Positions 24,016 through 32,933 of a DNA stretch of 64,000 nucleotides are shown here, one piece after another (position 1 is the first letter of the stretch; every line of letters begins with the position of its first letter). The stretch is from Candidatus Tenderia sp. (GTDB lineage Bacteria > Pseudomonadota > Gammaproteobacteria > Tenderiales > Tenderiaceae). Location of the stretch: NCBI GenBank assembly GCA_031416075.1, contig JANOSY010000031.1, positions 19,138 through 83,137 of the forward strand, read 5' to 3'. The translations under genes and the position numbers were made by a program. The notes under the pieces are model-generated. The model did not search any database and had not been told where the DNA came from. It was given only the letters and a program-made list of their open reading frames with translations.

Positions 24016-24702
24016 TTAATAGTTAAACGCCAGAGACTTACATAAAAAACGCATCAGCGGGTCCGCCGTAACAAAGCTATCCACCACTGTTGCCAGCAGT
24101 TTTTTACCGGTGACGTCACTCTCTTTCAATGGTGCAATGGCGATAAAGTCCTTACGTTTCAGATCATCAATGAGGGCATGATCCTTTGCATAACCTCGTG
24201 GTGCGTTTACAAGTGCATCACCTTCGAGCTTGAATCTTTTTTTAAACGCCGGGTTCTCTTTAGCCTTCACCCACTCTTTGTCATTCTCAACAATCGCATC
24301 ACGAATCTTGCCCAACGTCAACGCATCGGGGTGCCAGATGCCTGCACCAACAAAACAGCCATCTGTCTCAATATGTAGATAAAACCCCGGGGCATGCACA
24401 TCCTTACCCAACTGGTGCCGGAACTGGATGCCAATATTGGTTTTATAGGGACGTTTATCTTTCCCAAAACGCACATCACGATGTACACGCATCAATGAGC
24501 CCCCCACCTTCTTTGACACTGCCAGAAAATGGGGGGATATGGCGGGTAACTCATCCGCCATATCTTCAATCAACCTCAATGCCGGTGTGCGGACCACCTC
24601 TTCATAGCGCGACTTATTCTCCATAAACCAGTCACGATGATTATTCGCCGCCAGTTCACGCAAAAAATCAAATGTCGCCGCTGAAAAGTAGTGCCCCGCC
24701 AT
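24016..24702 (-). CDS. DUF2461 (TIGR02453) family protein
   Basis: 228 aa. FDFLRELAANNHRDWF and RVHRDVRFGKDKRPYK motifs are typical of the family (from memory). Confidence 0.7.
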   Translation of the reverse strand: MAGHYFSAATFDFLRELAANNHRDWFMENKSRYEEVVRTPALRLIEDMADELPAISPHFLAVSKKVGGSLMRVHRDVRFGKDKRPYKTNIGIQFRHQLGKDVHAPGFYLHIETDGCFVGAGIWHPDALTLGKIRDAIVENDKEWVKAKENPAFKKRFKLEGDALVNAPRGYAKDHALIDDLKRKDFIAIAPLKESDVTGKKLLATVVDSFVTADPLMRFLCKSLAFNY

Positions 24703-24707
24703 ACCCG

Positions 24708-25118
24708 TTACTCCGTATCAAAATAGGTAATCAAAGAGACCGCCGCCCCCTGTGGATCAGTAATCACCGAGAAGCGCCCAACATTGGGGATATCCTGCGG
24801 CGGCACACAAATCTTACCACCCAACTTCACCACCCTCAAAACCATGGCATCAACATCGTCCACTGTAATGTAACTGCCCCATGTCGGCGGCATACCATTG
24901 GCCTTCGCCTCTGCGGGAATCTCCATGATACCGGCCCTCTCAACGCCTCCTACCTTGGCCATCGTATAACTCATGCCCTCGGGCATACAATCTGACTCCA
25001 TATCGTTCAGCACCCACCCCAGCAGCTCACCATAAAAAGCCTTCGCCCCCTGCACATCCGAGGTCATTAACTCATTCCAGCTGAATGCACCCTGCGTCTT
25101 CATCACTTCTGTTTTCAT
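24708..25118 (-). CDS. VOC/glyoxalase-family protein
   Basis: Start moved to ATG 25118 behind a strong AAGGAGGAG SD. About 136 aa; FSWNELMTSD...FYGELLGW is typical of the VOC fold. Confidence 0.7.
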   Translation of the reverse strand: MKTEVMKTQGAFSWNELMTSDVQGAKAFYGELLGWVLNDMESDCMPEGMSYTMAKVGGVERAGIMEIPAEAKANGMPPTWGSYITVDDVDAMVLRVVKLGGKICVPPQDIPNVGRFSVITDPQGAAVSLITYFDTE

Positions 25119-25245
25119 ACTCTCCTCCTTGGAGATTTGGTTGTCAGGAGCCATCAGTATAGGCAGCCACTCCTGACAGCGTAGTGTCAGGAGTGGCATA
25201 GTGATAAAAAAATATTTTACGCCAACAGCAACAACGCCTGTTCAC

Positions 25246-25572
25246 TCACTGTTCCAATGAAAAACCCGACTCCTTCCACCCCTGCTTTCCATCGGTATAT
25301 TCGAAAACTTTAACATACCCCATCTGCCGCAACTCGGCGGCGGCCTGCTGTGAGTTCTTACACAACGCACTTGCACAATACACCACAACCCTCCTGCGTT
25401 TATCCGGAATCAACAAAGCCGCTTTATCAGCAACCTCATCCAGCGGAATGTTGATAGCCCCTGGGATATGCTCAGTATTGTAATAGTGCGCTGGTAGCGC
25501 CTCTATCACCACTGGCGCATTATCAGAATTGATCATGCTATATAAATCACTACTCGATATGGACTCATTCAT
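25246..25572 (-). CDS. Rhodanese-like domain protein
   Basis: 108 aa. HIPGAINIP and the active-site loop VVVYCASALCKNS. Confidence 0.8.
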   Translation of the reverse strand: MNESISSSDLYSMINSDNAPVVIEALPAHYYNTEHIPGAINIPLDEVADKAALLIPDKRRRVVVYCASALCKNSQQAAAELRQMGYVKVFEYTDGKQGWKESGFSLEQ

Positions 25573-25598
25573 ACTACCCTCCTCACATCATTAATTTA

Positions 25599-25659
25599 GT
25601 TGCACATGCAACAACACAAATGTAGCAGCATATAATTGCATTTGCAACCAGATGCAATT
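25599..25659. promoter_or_regulatory. Putative MarR operator palindromes (TTGCA-N2-TGCAA type) in the rhodanese/marR divergent region
   Basis: GTTGCA-CA-TGCAAC at 25599-25612; TTGCA-TT-TGCAA at 25636-25647; 8-bp inverted repeat AATTGCAT...ATGCAATT at 25634-25641 and 25652-25659. Confidence 0.6.
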
Positions 25660-25671
25660 AAACTTGCGCTA

Positions 25672-26124
25672 ATGGAAAAAAATAGACAAAAAAAAGCAGA
25701 AACAGCCTGGGTACTACTACTACGCTCCCAACAGGTATTGATCGATATTGTTGAAACCAAATTAAAAAGTGCCGGATTCCCACCACTCTCCTGGTACGAC
25801 CTGCTGCTTGAGTTGGATAGAGAACCGGGCCGTGGTCTCAGGCAATATGAGATTGGTGAACGTGTTCTGCTAAACAAACACAACCTCTCGCGCCTCATAG
25901 ACCGGTTAGAGAATCAGGCTCTTGTACAGCGAGTGGCATGTAATACTGATGGACGAGGCAACGTTATAAAAATAACGGAAAAAGGGGTGCATATGCGAAA
26001 AGCGATGTGGCCCATCTATGAACAGGCGATTCAAGAGGTGATTGCAAATCCCCTGACCGTCAAACAGATCGACTCCCTCACCGATATAATGGGCGCACTC
26101 TTAAACCGGCATATTGATGTTTAA
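25672..26124 (+). CDS. MarR-family transcriptional regulator
   Basis: Start moved to ATG 25672 (MEKNRQKK). wHTH ...LRQYEIGERVLLNKHNLSRLIDRLENQALVQR... is typical of MarR. Confidence 0.85.
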   Translation: MEKNRQKKAETAWVLLLRSQQVLIDIVETKLKSAGFPPLSWYDLLLELDREPGRGLRQYEIGERVLLNKHNLSRLIDRLENQALVQRVACNTDGRGNVIKITEKGVHMRKAMWPIYEQAIQEVIANPLTVKQIDSLTDIMGALLNRHIDV

Positions 26125-26133
26125 GCGCCATTA

Positions 26134-26589
26134 ATGACCCATATATTCAAGCTTCTTTTACCCACACTCTTCCCATCCTGGCGCTTTTTCGACGTTATTG
26201 CCCCCTCACCACGTATTCAATACGCACTTCTAAACGCTGCGGGTGAGATCACCGATGAGTGGCAGGAGTTTCGCCCCCATCCAGCCCACCTCCCCTTCAA
26301 GCAGATTCTGCAACGCATGGTGTGGAATCCTGACTGGAACGAATCCCTGTTCTTAACCAGTTGCGCCGAACGACTGCTGGAAAAATCGACCGCCCATAGT
26401 GAGGATGAGATATTAAACCGAATAATGGCCGATCTACGAAAAACCGCCACCCATACCCGTCTGAATACAGCAACACAGCTACAGTTTCGTCTACAGCTTA
26501 TCCAGCGTAATGGGCAGACCATTGAGCAAGAGATCGTCTTCTACTCCCGTATTCAGCCCATACATAAAGATAAAAAAAGATGGAGTTAG
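26134..26589 (+). CDS. Hypothetical protein
   Basis: 151-aa ORF co-oriented with marR; 10-nt overlap with the next gene. No family recognised. Confidence 0.4.
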   Translation: MTHIFKLLLPTLFPSWRFFDVIAPSPRIQYALLNAAGEITDEWQEFRPHPAHLPFKQILQRMVWNPDWNESLFLTSCAERLLEKSTAHSEDEILNRIMADLRKTATHTRLNTATQLQFRLQLIQRNGQTIEQEIVFYSRIQPIHKDKKRWS

Positions 26590-27269
26590 ACAACGCCATT
26601 CGTCTCACGGAGATAGCCCTAGGGTTTGCATTTATCCAACAAAGCATCGAGCACTTTAAATCAACCACCTACGAAAAAACGCTGTTCATTCCCAAGCTAA
26701 TACTATCGCTAGTATTAATCGCCGGTTTTCAAACACCGTGGATCACACTGTTGCTACTGGTCATCAGTCTGGCCATGTTAATCCGCTTTCAAGGCCCCTA
26801 CAACGGTGGTGCCGATCGCATGAGTCTGCTCATCGTTAGCTGTTTATCTCTGGCTCACTTTGCCCCAACGCATTACTGGAGAGAAGTTGCATTTGGCTAT
26901 CTAGCCCTGCAACTACTGCTCTCGTACTTTATTTCGGGATGGGTGAAAATTGTCAATCCAGAGTGGCGCAGTGGTCGCGCCTTATCGGATGTCTTTCAAT
27001 TTTCCGCCTACCCTGTCAGTGACGCTTTGCGGCAGCTCGCCCATTCACCACAACTTATTTTTATAATGTCCTGGGCAGTTATCCTGTTTGAAATACTGTT
27101 TCCGCTATCACTACTCTCAACCACCACACTGATTATTGCCCTATTCATAGCCGCAGGCTTCCACTTTGCAAATGCCTGCCTATTTGGCCTTAACCGCTTT
27201 TTCTGGATATGGATTGCCGCCTACCCTTCAATACTCTGGTTTCAGCAACGGGTTATAGCTACGTTTTAA
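26580..27269 (+). CDS. Integral membrane protein (possibly HTTM/DoxX-like)
   Basis: 229 aa with about 6 hydrophobic segments. The YNGGADRMSLLI motif is reminiscent of HTTM domains; weak. Confidence 0.4.
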   Translation: MELDNAIRLTEIALGFAFIQQSIEHFKSTTYEKTLFIPKLILSLVLIAGFQTPWITLLLLVISLAMLIRFQGPYNGGADRMSLLIVSCLSLAHFAPTHYWREVAFGYLALQLLLSYFISGWVKIVNPEWRSGRALSDVFQFSAYPVSDALRQLAHSPQLIFIMSWAVILFEILFPLSLLSTTTLIIALFIAAGFHFANACLFGLNRFFWIWIAAYPSILWFQQRVIATF

Positions 27270-27343
27270 AAACATCTCGTCGCCGCTACTGCCTTAACAG
27301 ACGTGGTCACGATAAAACAGTACTCACCTTACACAACTGCAAA

Positions 27344-27403
27344 CTACCCGCCCCAACCAATGTCACCCGTATTGTTGGGGTTCGTTCCTCACCCCCAACC
27401 TAC
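27344..27403. repeat. REP-like triple-arm hairpin element ending in CTAC
   Basis: CTAC-ccg-CCCCAAC-(16 nt)-GTTGGGG-ttcgttcctcac-CCCCAAC-CTAC. The middle arm can pair with either flanking arm. It lies in a 300-bp convergent intergenic gap. Confidence 0.6.
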
Positions 27404-27573
27404 AAACTCAACTTACAGGCCGGATATACGTGTGCAGTCAAACCTTAAAACTAAAAATGTGGCAGGCTTGAAAATCGGAAGGAGTCCACATACACATGCG
27501 GCTGTGCGGAGTGTGGGGGTCAGTAGCATGCTAACAATCCCTGGGACTTTGACCATCAGCAGTAAGTGGTTTA

Positions 27574-28767
27574 TTACTCTCCCAGCAGTGAACCGACTGG
27601 TTTTAAATCATCCACATGGTCACATACAGCCTTGATGGCCATAAGGATGGGAATACCTAACAGTAGACCCCATACACCCCACAACCAGCCCCAAAATAGC
27701 ACCCCTGCAAAAATCACCACGGCGTTCATCTGGCTTGCTCGGCTCGTCAGCCAGGGGGTCAGCAAAAAACCTTCGAGACTGGTAATAACCAGTGCCGTGC
27801 CAGAAACAAATAGCCCCATAGCTATGGTTCCAAACTGGAAAAAAGCGACTAGTGCAACGGTAACGGTAAAAATTACCGCGCCGAGATAAGGGATGGTATT
27901 TAATATCGCGGCGGTGATACCCCAAATGGCGGCATGTTCCAAGCCGATCCAGAGAAATGCCAACCATGTGGCCACGCCTACAAGGGCGCTGGTGAAAAGT
28001 TGCACCAGTAGATAACGTTGAATCTGGCCTGTGATCTCATCTAAAACGTGAAGGGTTATTTTTTTCTTGCTAAAGGTAGGGCCACTAATTTTGACAAGTT
28101 TGCGTCGGAAGCTATCGCCGGAAACAATTAGAAAATAGGCGAGAAATAATACGATGGTAACTTGGCCAGCAAACCCGATTGCCCCCATCGTTCCGGACAA
28201 AAGATAATCTTGGATAATGAATTTGGGTTTTTCGATCTGTACCCGTGTTACCCCCCGCGGGGTGACGGGCGTCGCGGTGGGTGTGTCACTTGCTGCTTTT
28301 TCTAACTCGGCGGTTGCTTTTTGCACCTTTTCCATCGCGCTTTCGGAGGTGCCGCGCTCCTCACGTAGCAGGTGACGGAACTTCTGTGCAGCCTGGGGAA
28401 GACTCTCTATAGTCGCGGCGGCATCATCACTGAGTGAATAAGCCAGTGAGCCTGTACCACCCACTATGCCAATTAACAATACTGCAGCACCGATGGCGCG
28501 GGGAATTTTCCATTTTTGCATCAAGTTGACAGGCGGTGACAGTGCATAACTGATCATCAAGCCAAACATCAGCGGGATGAAAAATGCACGCGCCCAATGC
28601 AGCGCGAAGATGACGGCAATCACTGTGAGCAGGATAAGTGTAATGCTATGTGCCTCTACCGAAATGCGGGGCATAGGTGATTGAGTAGTGCCGGGCACGG
28701 TCGTCCGCTGCTGCAATAGGTGTTTAGAGCTCGTGGGGGTGGGTGATGAGGTGGAGGTGGTTTTCAT
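27574..28767 (-). CDS. AI-2E family transporter (PerM-like permease)
   Basis: 397-aa polytopic protein with a soluble insert. The C-terminal GLLLGIPILMAIK is typical of AI-2E/UPF0118. Confidence 0.75.
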   Translation of the reverse strand: MKTTSTSSPTPTSSKHLLQQRTTVPGTTQSPMPRISVEAHSITLILLTVIAVIFALHWARAFFIPLMFGLMISYALSPPVNLMQKWKIPRAIGAAVLLIGIVGGTGSLAYSLSDDAAATIESLPQAAQKFRHLLREERGTSESAMEKVQKATAELEKAASDTPTATPVTPRGVTRVQIEKPKFIIQDYLLSGTMGAIGFAGQVTIVLFLAYFLIVSGDSFRRKLVKISGPTFSKKKITLHVLDEITGQIQRYLLVQLFTSALVGVATWLAFLWIGLEHAAIWGITAAILNTIPYLGAVIFTVTVALVAFFQFGTIAMGLFVSGTALVITSLEGFLLTPWLTSRASQMNAVVIFAGVLFWGWLWGVWGLLLGIPILMAIKAVCDHVDDLKPVGSLLGE

Positions 28768-29077
28768 TGCGCATTGCCTCTGGCAGGGTAGTGAAATGTA
28801 AACACGCTGATGCTGGAGTTAAGCCTTCACCAAGCCTATCATGTAGCTATGCTGGATAGTATCTCATTGAGAGGTTTCTGGTTCTGAAATTCAGGTTACA
28901 GGTAAGTGACTTATTGTTTTATTACCTGCCTGCCATCGTCGACAAAGTGCGACGGCAGTGTCGTTAGGGTGAATCACTCTATGGGGTAAGCGTTTTATAG
29001 CGTAATTCTAACCGTAATGTGTATACATTATTGTCTCTCCTGGCATCAGGCCAATCTCATCAACTGGAGTTATCTCG

Positions 29078-29836
29078 ATGTGGTCATTTGAGCACTGGCG
29101 TCAGCAGCGCATTTTGAAACGCAGTGCCATCGACGACGCGCTCTGGAATACACTCTGGAGCCAGTTACCGTTGCTACATGGGCTGACAGCAGCAGAGGGT
29201 GAGCGGCTGCGCGCTCTGGCACTGCTGTTTCTGCACGACAAGGTGATCGAACCCGTGCAAGGGTTGGCGCTGGATGAGGCGGCGCGTTTGCGTATTGCGG
29301 TGTTGGCCTGTCTGCCAATCTTGAATCTTGGTTTCGAGTGGTATGACGGCTGGGTCGAGGTGGTGGTCTATGCCGACGACTTCATTAACGGCCGTGATGA
29401 AGTCGATGAGGCGGGGCTGATCCATCGTAATCACAATGTGTTAAGTGGTGAGGCGTGGAGTCATGGGCCGGTGATCTTCTCCTGGGCCAGCGTATTGGCA
29501 GCCGGGCAGGGAGATGGCCACAATGTGGTAATCCATGAGATGGCCCATAAGTTGGATATGCTCAATGGTGTCGCCAATGGTTTTCCGCCGCTGCATGTCG
29601 AGATGAAACAACAGGCATGGAGTAATGCCTTTGCCGCGGCCTATGGCGATCTCAGCCGTCGTATTGCCAATGGTGAGCGCAGTGAGATCAACAGTTACGC
29701 AGCCACTAATCCGGCTGAGTACTTTGCAGTCTGCAGTGAATATTTTTTTGATGCGCCCTGGCAACTACTGCATCACTACCCCGACGTCTATCATCAACTG
29801 AGTCTCTTCTATCGCCAGACGCCAGTAGGACGGTAG
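29078..29836 (+). CDS. mtfA: MtfA-like zinc-dependent peptidase (M90)
   Basis: 252 aa. HEMAHKLD zincin motif and NPAEYFAVCSEYFF are typical of MtfA. Confidence 0.8.
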   Translation: MWSFEHWRQQRILKRSAIDDALWNTLWSQLPLLHGLTAAEGERLRALALLFLHDKVIEPVQGLALDEAARLRIAVLACLPILNLGFEWYDGWVEVVVYADDFINGRDEVDEAGLIHRNHNVLSGEAWSHGPVIFSWASVLAAGQGDGHNVVIHEMAHKLDMLNGVANGFPPLHVEMKQQAWSNAFAAAYGDLSRRIANGERSEINSYAATNPAEYFAVCSEYFFDAPWQLLHHYPDVYHQLSLFYRQTPVGR

Positions 29837-29839
29837 CAA

Positions 29840-29909
29840 GCAGCCTGGAAGCAGCGCTGCGGATCTCGGGAAACAGCTCCCGAATCACACCGCGTTTCAT
29901 CCAAGCCAC
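29840..29909. repeat. Degenerate REPIN (inverted REP doublet), same family as 34435-34505
   Basis: GCAGCCTGGAAGCAGCGCTGCGGATCTCGGG...TCCCGAATCACACCGCGTTTCATCCAAGCCAC aligns by eye, position for position, with the 34435-34505 doublet. Confidence 0.5.
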
Positions 29910-29963
29910 ACACTGCATTAACACTACACAATTACAAACCACCCGCACCGCCCAATCGTTACA

Positions 29964-30863
29964 CTACAGCGCAACGACCTCTTCTAACCGCCGAATATTG
30001 TTCACCTGTAAAGAGTCGCTCAGCGCATCCAGTGCAGCGCCCGGTTCATAATCAAACTGAATAGTCACGTAATCACCTGCACTCACAGCCATCGGCTTGG
30101 CAAGCGGAACAATCAGGTACTGATTATACCAATCAACCGTACGTTGCTCAGCCATCAATATTGCCAGGATGTTTTTTGTCACCATACGAATAGCATTTAA
30201 GTGGCCATCCTTGGCAATTTTTATCGTCCCATCAAAGCTGCATCGCTGCGGTAACTCAGCATCATAAGTAAAACTCTGGAATAGCGCCGGATCACTCAAC
30301 TCACGACTCTTTTCATGAACCGCCGTAGGCTCCTGAAACAAAATTGTCTGGGCGTAATAACCCTCAAAATTAAAATCCTGCTCAATCGGCTGCACCGCCT
30401 GAATACACGCCTCCGGCACAAAGATTGGCAATGGGCCGCCAAATTTTTCCAGGTAACGCTGTTTAAACTGATCTATCATCGCAACCTGTTTCTCACGCAG
30501 CAGCCCCACATGCAACATCTCACAAATCACCACATCAACAGGCTCAGGCGGCAGATAACGGCTTGCATCCGCCTGAACGATCTCCACCCTATCGCCATTG
30601 TTGTTCTGCCGCATAATGCGCCGTGCAGCCGCCACCAGTTCAGGGTTGCGCTCCACACACCAAACATGCCCCGCCTGCTGCGCCGCAAAAAAAGATAACA
30701 CCCCCGTACCACCGCCCAGCTCCAGCACCCGCGCACCCGGCCGCACCACCTCTTGCAACGCACGTTTGAAGCCCTGCATACGCGCAGTATCGTTAAGCAT
30801 GTTGTAGTGATACTGCAACGGGATAAACTGGCCCAACTCCAGATGGTCATATCTACTCTTCAT
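29964..30863 (-). CDS. Class I SAM-dependent methyltransferase, PRMT-like
   Basis: Start moved to ATG 30863 (GGGGAG SD). HYNMLNDTARMQGFKRAL, then VLELGGGTGVLSFFAA (motif I), then CEMLHVGLL. This order resembles protein arginine methyltransferases. Confidence 0.6.
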   Translation of the reverse strand: MKSRYDHLELGQFIPLQYHYNMLNDTARMQGFKRALQEVVRPGARVLELGGGTGVLSFFAAQQAGHVWCVERNPELVAAARRIMRQNNNGDRVEIVQADASRYLPPEPVDVVICEMLHVGLLREKQVAMIDQFKQRYLEKFGGPLPIFVPEACIQAVQPIEQDFNFEGYYAQTILFQEPTAVHEKSRELSDPALFQSFTYDAELPQRCSFDGTIKIAKDGHLNAIRMVTKNILAILMAEQRTVDWYNQYLIVPLAKPMAVSAGDYVTIQFDYEPGAALDALSDSLQVNNIRRLEEVVAL

Positions 30864-31164
30864 ACACACTCCCCGATCAGATTGATTACAAACAGCCATC
30901 AAAAGTGGAGTTATTCGACTCAACACCCTGCACCAGCCATTGTTTTTATAACCCAAACTACTAAAGCCTATAAAGCAAGGTGCGGGCCAATCAAAAAAAC
31001 AGGATAGATCCAGGGTGTAACCGATCTATTGCGGCAGCACGTTGCCGCAACAATTAGAGAACAATGGCAAGTGCGGAGAAAAATTGCCTATTCAAGAATC
31101 GGTTTCAGAGGTAAGTACGTAACAATATAACCAGACAAAACATCCATCAAACCTACTGTACAGA

Positions 31165-32022
31165 CTACTTTAACCAATCACCAAATTCAGGTGGTAAAGG
31201 CGTAATCGTACCCGTGGTTGGCCAGTTCTGTTTGTTTGCCATTGCGGCAATGTTTTCAATCCGGTTAGCCGTTTGCGGGTGACTATTAAAAAATTCCGGA
31301 GGCTGGCCACCAGTCTCCTGCAACTGGTCCAATACATTAAACAGCGTGTCGGCACCCGCCACATGGCCATAGAGCTGTGCCAGGGCCTGCAACGCAGTTT
31401 CATCAGACTGCTGTTCTTGTTCGCGGCTGAATTTAAGCGCCGTCAACAGCCCCGCTCCACCCAGCACATCACTCATTATAGAAGCACCGGCCGCACTACT
31501 AACCACGGCAATAGCGGTTCCCGTAATCACACCACGCCCCAGCGACTTGATTGGATGGCGATACTTAACATGGGCAATTTCATGGGCCATCACCATCGCC
31601 AGCGCATTTTCATTAGAGACGTTCTGCAACAAACCACGAAAGAAAAACAAATGGCCACCCAGTGTGGCAAAGGCATTCACCGTCTCATCATTGATGTAAT
31701 GAACCGTAATAGTCATCCCTTCCGGCAACCCCTCCGCCACCGCCACACGCTCCGCCAACGACTGCAGGTAGCCTGTCATCGCGGTCTCATCTGGCGTCAC
31801 ATGCTCATCTTTGAGCTGGTCGACAAATATATTTGCCATCTTCTGTTCCGCACTAAACGGAATAAAAGGTGCCAGCAGATGGGCAGCCAGGCCAAGTGAG
31901 ACAACAATCACCACAATAAACAACACAACAGCCGCCAGCAGCAAGCCAAACTCTTTGAGTGGATGCTCCTTGCTGGTATTGATGCCTTCCGGCGGTTGGA
32001 CCTGTCGGTATTCCAGGGTCAC
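31165..32022 (-). CDS. M48-family zinc metallopeptidase
   Basis: 285 aa. N-terminal TM segment and the HEIAHVKYRH (HExxH) motif. Confidence 0.8.
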   Translation of the reverse strand: MTLEYRQVQPPEGINTSKEHPLKEFGLLLAAVVLFIVVIVVSLGLAAHLLAPFIPFSAEQKMANIFVDQLKDEHVTPDETAMTGYLQSLAERVAVAEGLPEGMTITVHYINDETVNAFATLGGHLFFFRGLLQNVSNENALAMVMAHEIAHVKYRHPIKSLGRGVITGTAIAVVSSAAGASIMSDVLGGAGLLTALKFSREQEQQSDETALQALAQLYGHVAGADTLFNVLDQLQETGGQPPEFFNSHPQTANRIENIAAMANKQNWPTTGTITPLPPEFGDWLK

Positions 32023-32501
32023 TCTCCTATTGCAGTGGGTAGTGCAGCGGGCGCAACAACGGGAATAATGGCAGTGCCATAAGCCAACACCTCCACCGAA
32101 CCAATATTGTTCTTGCGCCCCTTGTAGATACTGGCAGTCTCTAACTTGATATTAAAAACCATCTTGGCACCCAAGCCATCGGCCTGCTCCTTCATACGCA
32201 ACACCGCCTCGCGGCGGGCACGGTCAAGCAGCGTCTCATAACTCCTTATTCGCCCACCCACCAAACTACGCAAGCCAGCGGCAATACGTTTAAAGTAATC
32301 AATTGAAATCACCACACTGCCCGTCACCAGCTGAGTGCGTTGGGGAACAAGCGATGGCGGCGGCAGACGTAGCGCAATCGCAGGGATACGATTCAGATCA
32401 ATCTCACGTTCAATAATGGATTTGTAGTGGCGCTGCTCAGCAACCCGGCCAAAGCCATAACCCAGCCCCAACAGCACCAGAAAAACAATCAGATCAAACA
32501 T
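32019..32501 (-). CDS. Membrane-anchored YbjQ/UPF0145-family protein
   Basis: 160 aa. N-terminal TM MFDLIVFLVLLGLGYGF followed by a YbjQ-like domain (RREAVLRMKEQADGLGA...VLAYGTA). Confidence 0.7.
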   Translation of the reverse strand: MFDLIVFLVLLGLGYGFGRVAEQRHYKSIIEREIDLNRIPAIALRLPPPSLVPQRTQLVTGSVVISIDYFKRIAAGLRSLVGGRIRSYETLLDRARREAVLRMKEQADGLGAKMVFNIKLETASIYKGRKNNIGSVEVLAYGTAIIPVVAPAALPTAIGE

Positions 32502-32507
32502 AAGGGT

Positions 32508-32822
32508 CTAATCCAGAATCACGGCAGTGCCGTAGGCATACAGCTCTGCTGCACCTTGGGTGACCGACGACGTAGAAAAGCGAATATTCAGCACCGCATT
32601 TGCCCCCGCCGCCTCCGCCTGCTGCACCATGCGCGAAACTGCCTCTTCACGCGACTCCTGCAACAACTCTGTATATCCCTTCAGCTCACCGCCAAAGATA
32701 TTTTTAAGGCTCGCCATAATGTCACGCCCCACATGTTTGGCGCGCACAGAGTTACCTTGCACCAACCCCAGGTGTTCTTTCACCATCCGGCCCGGTACGA
32801 TTTCAAGGTTAGTTAACAGCAT
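32508..32822 (-). CDS. YbjQ/UPF0145-family protein
   Basis: Start moved to ATG 32822 (MLLTNLEIVPG). 104 aa; REEAVSRMVQQAEAAGANAVLNIRF...AYGTAV is typical of YbjQ. Confidence 0.8.
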   Translation of the reverse strand: MLLTNLEIVPGRMVKEHLGLVQGNSVRAKHVGRDIMASLKNIFGGELKGYTELLQESREEAVSRMVQQAEAAGANAVLNIRFSTSSVTQGAAELYAYGTAVILD

Positions 32823-32901
32823 GTTGTTTCCTTTGATATTTTCAAAACCATTGTTTAAAAAGTAGCTTAAAAGCAACGCCGGAGATTAAAGAGAGGCAAC
32901 T

Positions 32902-32933
32902 CCCGGATTGCGCTACGCTTCATCTGGGCTACC
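32902..32933. repeat. REP element (GTAG head on minus strand) abutting the Fic stop codon
   Basis: CCCGGAT-TGCGCTACGCTTC-ATCTGGG-CTAC. The Fic TAG stop (32929-32931) lies inside the GTAG head. Confidence 0.7.

Noticed and set aside
25596-25898. 100-aa minus-strand ORF
   Set aside because: It is antisense to the MarR gene and its operator region, and has a Cys/Ser-rich low-complexity product.
27303-27635. 110-aa ORF in the HTTM-like / AI-2E intergenic gap
   Set aside because: It has no SD, runs into the 3' end of the convergent AI-2E gene and spans the REP-like hairpins. It is better explained as non-coding.
31031-31052. Hairpin TTGCGGCA-gcacgt-TGCCGCAA as a terminator between the M48 and methyltransferase genes
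   Set aside because: The stem is a perfect 8 bp, but no U-run follows on either strand. It is too weak to annotate as a terminator.
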